A stretch of 19,972 nucleotides of DNA, from NCBI GenBank assembly GCA_037447435.1, contig JBBIGR010000063.1, positions 1 to 19,972 of the forward strand. The letters are read 5' to 3'. The notes below the pieces were generated by a model. That model saw only the letters and a program-made list of their open reading frames with translations, had not been told where the DNA came from and did no database searches. This document shows positions 16,759 to 19,972 of this stretch, piece after piece (the first letter of the stretch is position 1; each line of letters opens with the position of its first letter). A program made the position numbers and the translations under genes. Source of the DNA: Fibrobacteria bacterium (GTDB lineage: Bacteria; Fibrobacterota; Chitinivibrionia; Chitinivibrionales; FEN-1185).

Positions 16759-16867
16759 AATACCATCCTATTTAAAGAAGCGATTAACCGTTGTGCTAAA
16801 TGCGGAAATTACGATAATCAAACCGAACGACAGCAAAAGTAATACGGACCATTATCGAAAATGTTTA

Positions 16868-19339
16868 TTATTCAATTTGTTGATTTACCGTACCGCCCTT
16901 AAGTTGTTGCAAAAACATTTCCAATTCTTCGGGCTTCATGCGTACTTCCCTCATTTTACTTCCTTCTTGAGGCCCCACGATGCCTGCCATATGCAATTCA
17001 TCCATGATCCGTCCGGCACGTGCGTAGCCGATTTTCATCCGGCGCTGCAGCAGTGAGGTCGAACCTTGGCCCATGCTCACAATCATGCGAGCGGCTTCTT
17101 CGAAAAAATCGTCCCGGGCATCCGAACCGCCCATTTCGCCAATTTCGCCGGATTCCCCGACCAAATCGGTGAAATTTTCAAATTTATCGGTTTCGAATTT
17201 CTGCTTTGTAATGTCCTTGACGATATTCTCCACGTCTTCTTCGGTTAAAAATGCGCCATGGTATCGTTCTATATCCGGTGCGCCGTTCCGTAAAAAAAGC
17301 ATGTCGCCGTTGCCGAGAAGCTTTTCGGCGCCGACATGTCCCAATATCGTTCGCGAGTCCGTGGATTGAATGGTGCGAAAAGCGATTCGGGAGGTCAGGT
17401 TTGCCTTGATCGGGCCGGTAATAATATCGACCGACGGGCGTTGGGTGGCAACTATTAAATGAATCCCTGCCGCACGGCCAAGCTGGGCAATGCGCTGAAT
17501 ATGACTTTCAACGTCTTTGCTTGCGGTAATCATAAGGTCCGCGAGTTCATCCACAAATACAACGAGATACGGAAGGGGTTTTGCCTCATCGTCGGTGAGT
17601 ATGCCTTCGGAGAAACGTTTCGAAACGATACGCTGATTAAAGGATTCGATGTTGCGCGTGCCTTCCAGTTTAGCAAGAAGCCTGAACCGGCGTTCGATTT
17701 CGGTCACCGCCCAATACAGCGCTTTTACCGCCTCCTTCGATTCGGTGACCACCGGAGACATGAGATGGGGAATGCCTTCATAAATGGCAAGCTCGACCTT
17801 TTTTGGGTCTATCATTATTAAACGCAGTTCCTCGGGCGTTTTTGACATGAGCAAACTGCACAGGATGGAATTTATGCAAACGCTTTTGCCCGAACCCGTT
17901 TGCCCGGCAATGAGCAGATGCGGCATTTTGGCAATGTCGGTGACATACGGCACGCCGGAAATATTTTGCCCAACGATCATGGGGAGTTTGGGCTTTGATT
18001 TTTTATAAGAATCCGACAGCATTATGTTTTTAAAATAAACTGTTTGGCGTTCCTTGTTCGGCAGTTCTATGCCGATTGCGGCCTTGCCGGGGATCGGCGC
18101 TTCGATACGTATTTTCTGGCCGCCTACGGCCATTGATATATCGTCTTGTAAATTGACAACCTTGCTGACTTTTACGCCCGGGGCAAGTTCGATTTCGTAT
18201 CGGGTCACGACCGGGCCCGAGCTGACATTGAACACTTTTCCTTCGATACCGAAATTCAGCAGGGTTTTTTCGAGAATATAGGAGTTTTGAATGATCGAAT
18301 CGTTATCGATTTGAATTTCGGTTTGCGGAGGATCCACCAAAATTTCGATGGACGGAATTTTATACGGCGCCTGCGGGCCGCGGACTTTTTTCGGAACGGC
18401 AATACCTTCGGAATGCTCGGTTAATTCCTTGTCTTCAAGGATCGCAGGGTCGATCTCCGCTTCGGGGATTTCTTCCGGTTCTTCTTTTTCAGGGGGAATT
18501 CCCATTGTGGTGATTTGAATCGGTTCGTTCCGTTTTGCCCGGAAAGCCGCCAGCTCCTTTTCCATGAGTTCGTTTCTGGCCCGTTCCACCGGATCGCCGA
18601 GTTCGGCTTTTGCCGTTTCTTTTGCTTCGACCGTATTGGTTTGCATTGCGGAATCGACAGGTTCCTTGGGCGGTTTTACTTTTTTCCTATTGGTTTCAAC
18701 CGGCTTTTCGACAGCGGCCGATTCTTCGGTTTTGGCGGCAAAAGAAGTCTTGATATAGGAAAATACCTTTACGAGTATTCCCCACATAAAAATAGCCGCC
18801 GAAACAGGGTTGACACGAAAGAAAAGCAGGCCCGTAATGGCGGCGGCAAACAAGGTGAAAAAATAAGGTCCGAATCGATGCGGACCAAACGGAGCCGTTA
18901 GCGAAAGAGCGAGCATGTTTCCAAAGTAGTTTCCGGAAATTTCATACGTTCTCTGGTATAAACCGGGCATATTGTGAATCGCAAACAGCACGGAAAATTC
19001 GGTAATTAAGGCTATAAAGAATAAAAACTCGCCGGGTTTCAGATTGTTTCCGGTAAGATTTTTCCACCCGATGTACATTAAAAAGAGCGGTATGCAAAAC
19101 GAGCCGAAATAGCCGACAAGGAATAATACCCCCGCCGACATTGCCGTACCGAGATAGGGTCCTAAGACGTTATCCGGTTTGGAAACTAAATGGGAGATCA
19201 GAGAAATTAAGACCAGGCTTCCCATTGCCATAAAAACAACGCCCCAGATTTCATGCGCAAAGTTGGACGCGGCTTTCGGCGCACGGGGAGTTTTTTCTTT
19301 TTTTTCTTCTTTTTCTTCTTTGGGTTCGTCTTTACTCAT
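16868..19339 (-). CDS. ftsK: DNA translocase FtsK
   Basis: N-terminal TM domain, charged linker, GPVVTRYE, RIEAPIPGK, MPHLLIAGQTGSGKS, IDPKKVEL, DELADLM, ATQRPSVD, GAEKLLG.GDML and the gamma domain STSLLQRRMKIGYARAGR. The start was set at ATG 19339 (GGAG upstream; overlaps the upstream gene end). Confidence 0.97.
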   Translation of the reverse strand: MSKDEPKEEKEEKKEKTPRAPKAASNFAHEIWGVVFMAMGSLVLISLISHLVSKPDNVLGPYLGTAMSAGVLFLVGYFGSFCIPLFLMYIGWKNLTGNNLKPGEFLFFIALITEFSVLFAIHNMPGLYQRTYEISGNYFGNMLALSLTAPFGPHRFGPYFFTLFAAAITGLLFFRVNPVSAAIFMWGILVKVFSYIKTSFAAKTEESAAVEKPVETNRKKVKPPKEPVDSAMQTNTVEAKETAKAELGDPVERARNELMEKELAAFRAKRNEPIQITTMGIPPEKEEPEEIPEAEIDPAILEDKELTEHSEGIAVPKKVRGPQAPYKIPSIEILVDPPQTEIQIDNDSIIQNSYILEKTLLNFGIEGKVFNVSSGPVVTRYEIELAPGVKVSKVVNLQDDISMAVGGQKIRIEAPIPGKAAIGIELPNKERQTVYFKNIMLSDSYKKSKPKLPMIVGQNISGVPYVTDIAKMPHLLIAGQTGSGKSVCINSILCSLLMSKTPEELRLIMIDPKKVELAIYEGIPHLMSPVVTESKEAVKALYWAVTEIERRFRLLAKLEGTRNIESFNQRIVSKRFSEGILTDDEAKPLPYLVVFVDELADLMITASKDVESHIQRIAQLGRAAGIHLIVATQRPSVDIITGPIKANLTSRIAFRTIQSTDSRTILGHVGAEKLLGNGDMLFLRNGAPDIERYHGAFLTEEDVENIVKDITKQKFETDKFENFTDLVGESGEIGEMGGSDARDDFFEEAARMIVSMGQGSTSLLQRRMKIGYARAGRIMDELHMAGIVGPQEGSKMREVRMKPEELEMFLQQLKGGTVNQQIE

Positions 19340-19769
19340 TAGATTGCAGCTCCGTTGTTTCCTTTTCAAGGTCATACAGCCCAAAGCGAAGGGCTTTTGC
19401 GATTCCGCTCACGGTGCTTCCGTTTTTTTCAAGCACCTTGGCATATTCTTCAATTACCCGAGCGGCTTCCTGGGCTCGTTTGAAGTTGGCGGTCAATATA
19501 TGGTTAGCATTGGTGCGCGTCAGTTCTTCGGGCCTATTTTTATAGGCAAAGGGGTCGGTGCTGGTGTCGCGTGCCGAAACCAGGTCTTTGGCGCCCAAAA
19601 GCGTTTCGATTTCTTCAAGAGAATGCCGTAAAAGCTTCAGCGTTTTTGCGCTTTTTTCGTTACGGGAAAAAAACCGGAAAAACTCTTCCATAACACGAAG
19701 CGCTTCACGCATTCTGTTTAAATTTGCGTCCAAAATACGCAATATTTGGGTGCTTGCAGCATTATTCAT
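19332..19769 (-). CDS. Standalone ThiD2-family protein (the domain found N-terminal to some ThiE enzymes; putative HMP-phosphate kinase)
   Basis: RILDANLNR.RE.LRV.EE..RF, K.LRH, ARD...D, ANFKRAQEAARVIEEYAK and RF.LYDLEK, with no ThiE TIM barrel attached. The start was set at ATG 19769. Confidence 0.8.
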   Translation of the reverse strand: MNNAASTQILRILDANLNRMREALRVMEEFFRFFSRNEKSAKTLKLLRHSLEEIETLLGAKDLVSARDTSTDPFAYKNRPEELTRTNANHILTANFKRAQEAARVIEEYAKVLEKNGSTVSGIAKALRFGLYDLEKETTELQSNE

Positions 19770-19817
19770 ATAGTATAGGCTCGAAAAAACCGTGAATAAT
19801 AAAATATACGTGCTAAC

Positions 19818-19835
19818 CCCATGCTTCGGCATGGG
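19818..19835. other. Stable hairpin upstream of the ThiD2-like gene
   Basis: Perfect 7-bp stem CCCATGC-TTCG-GCATGGG, with a C(UUCG)G tetraloop on the plus strand. Confidence 0.6.
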
Positions 19836-19972
19836 ATAAGTTTATTTTATATATTACCTGCGCAAAAAGCGTAGACTATAGCATGGGCAAAATATTTTAG
19901 GCCCTAAGAGAGCGGAAATAACATATAGATAAAGTCCCGTGTCAAGAGAAAAATATATCCTAATACCAAAAC

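Noticed and set aside
16770..16850. Short hydrophobic frame (LLSFGLIIVISAFSTTVNRFFK) between ftsK and lolA
   Set aside because: Only a TTG start with no RBS, and T-rich intergenic DNA easily yields hydrophobic frames.
1..19972. CRISPR arrays, tandem repeats, integrase/transposase, defence genes, TPP or c-di-GMP riboswitches
   Set aside because: None was recognisable by eye in the ORFs or intergenic regions.

Overview
A bacterial chromosomal window in which every credible gene lies on the minus strand. The gene content suggests the FCB group, possibly Fibrobacterota/Chitinivibrionia; this is an inference. The right three-quarters is a long envelope and cell-shape gene run, in transcription order: a standalone ThiD2-like gene, ftsK, lolA, a beta-propeller protein with a C-terminal FlgD-Ig/T9SS-CTD-like domain (PorZ-like), two PorV/PorQ-like outer-membrane barrels, mreB-mreC-mreD-mrdA-rodA, lgt, comF and tRNA-Ser(TGA). 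Beyond the tRNA 3' end is a sigma-54 signalling module. It has a hybrid REC-PAS-HisKA-HATPase-REC kinase split by a frameshift at an apparent internal PAS deletion, an NtrC-family activator, two related palindromes, a near-consensus -24/-12 promoter, and the 5' end of an MCP-like receptor gene that may be interrupted near position 52. The points most worth following up are the T9SS-attachment-like triad between lolA and mreB, the strong enrichment of the Bacteroidota O-glycosylation motif D-(S/T)-(A/I/L/V/M/T) in two of those exported proteins, and the readable but apparently decaying sigma-54 circuit. All family assignments are by eye from motifs; no database search was run.
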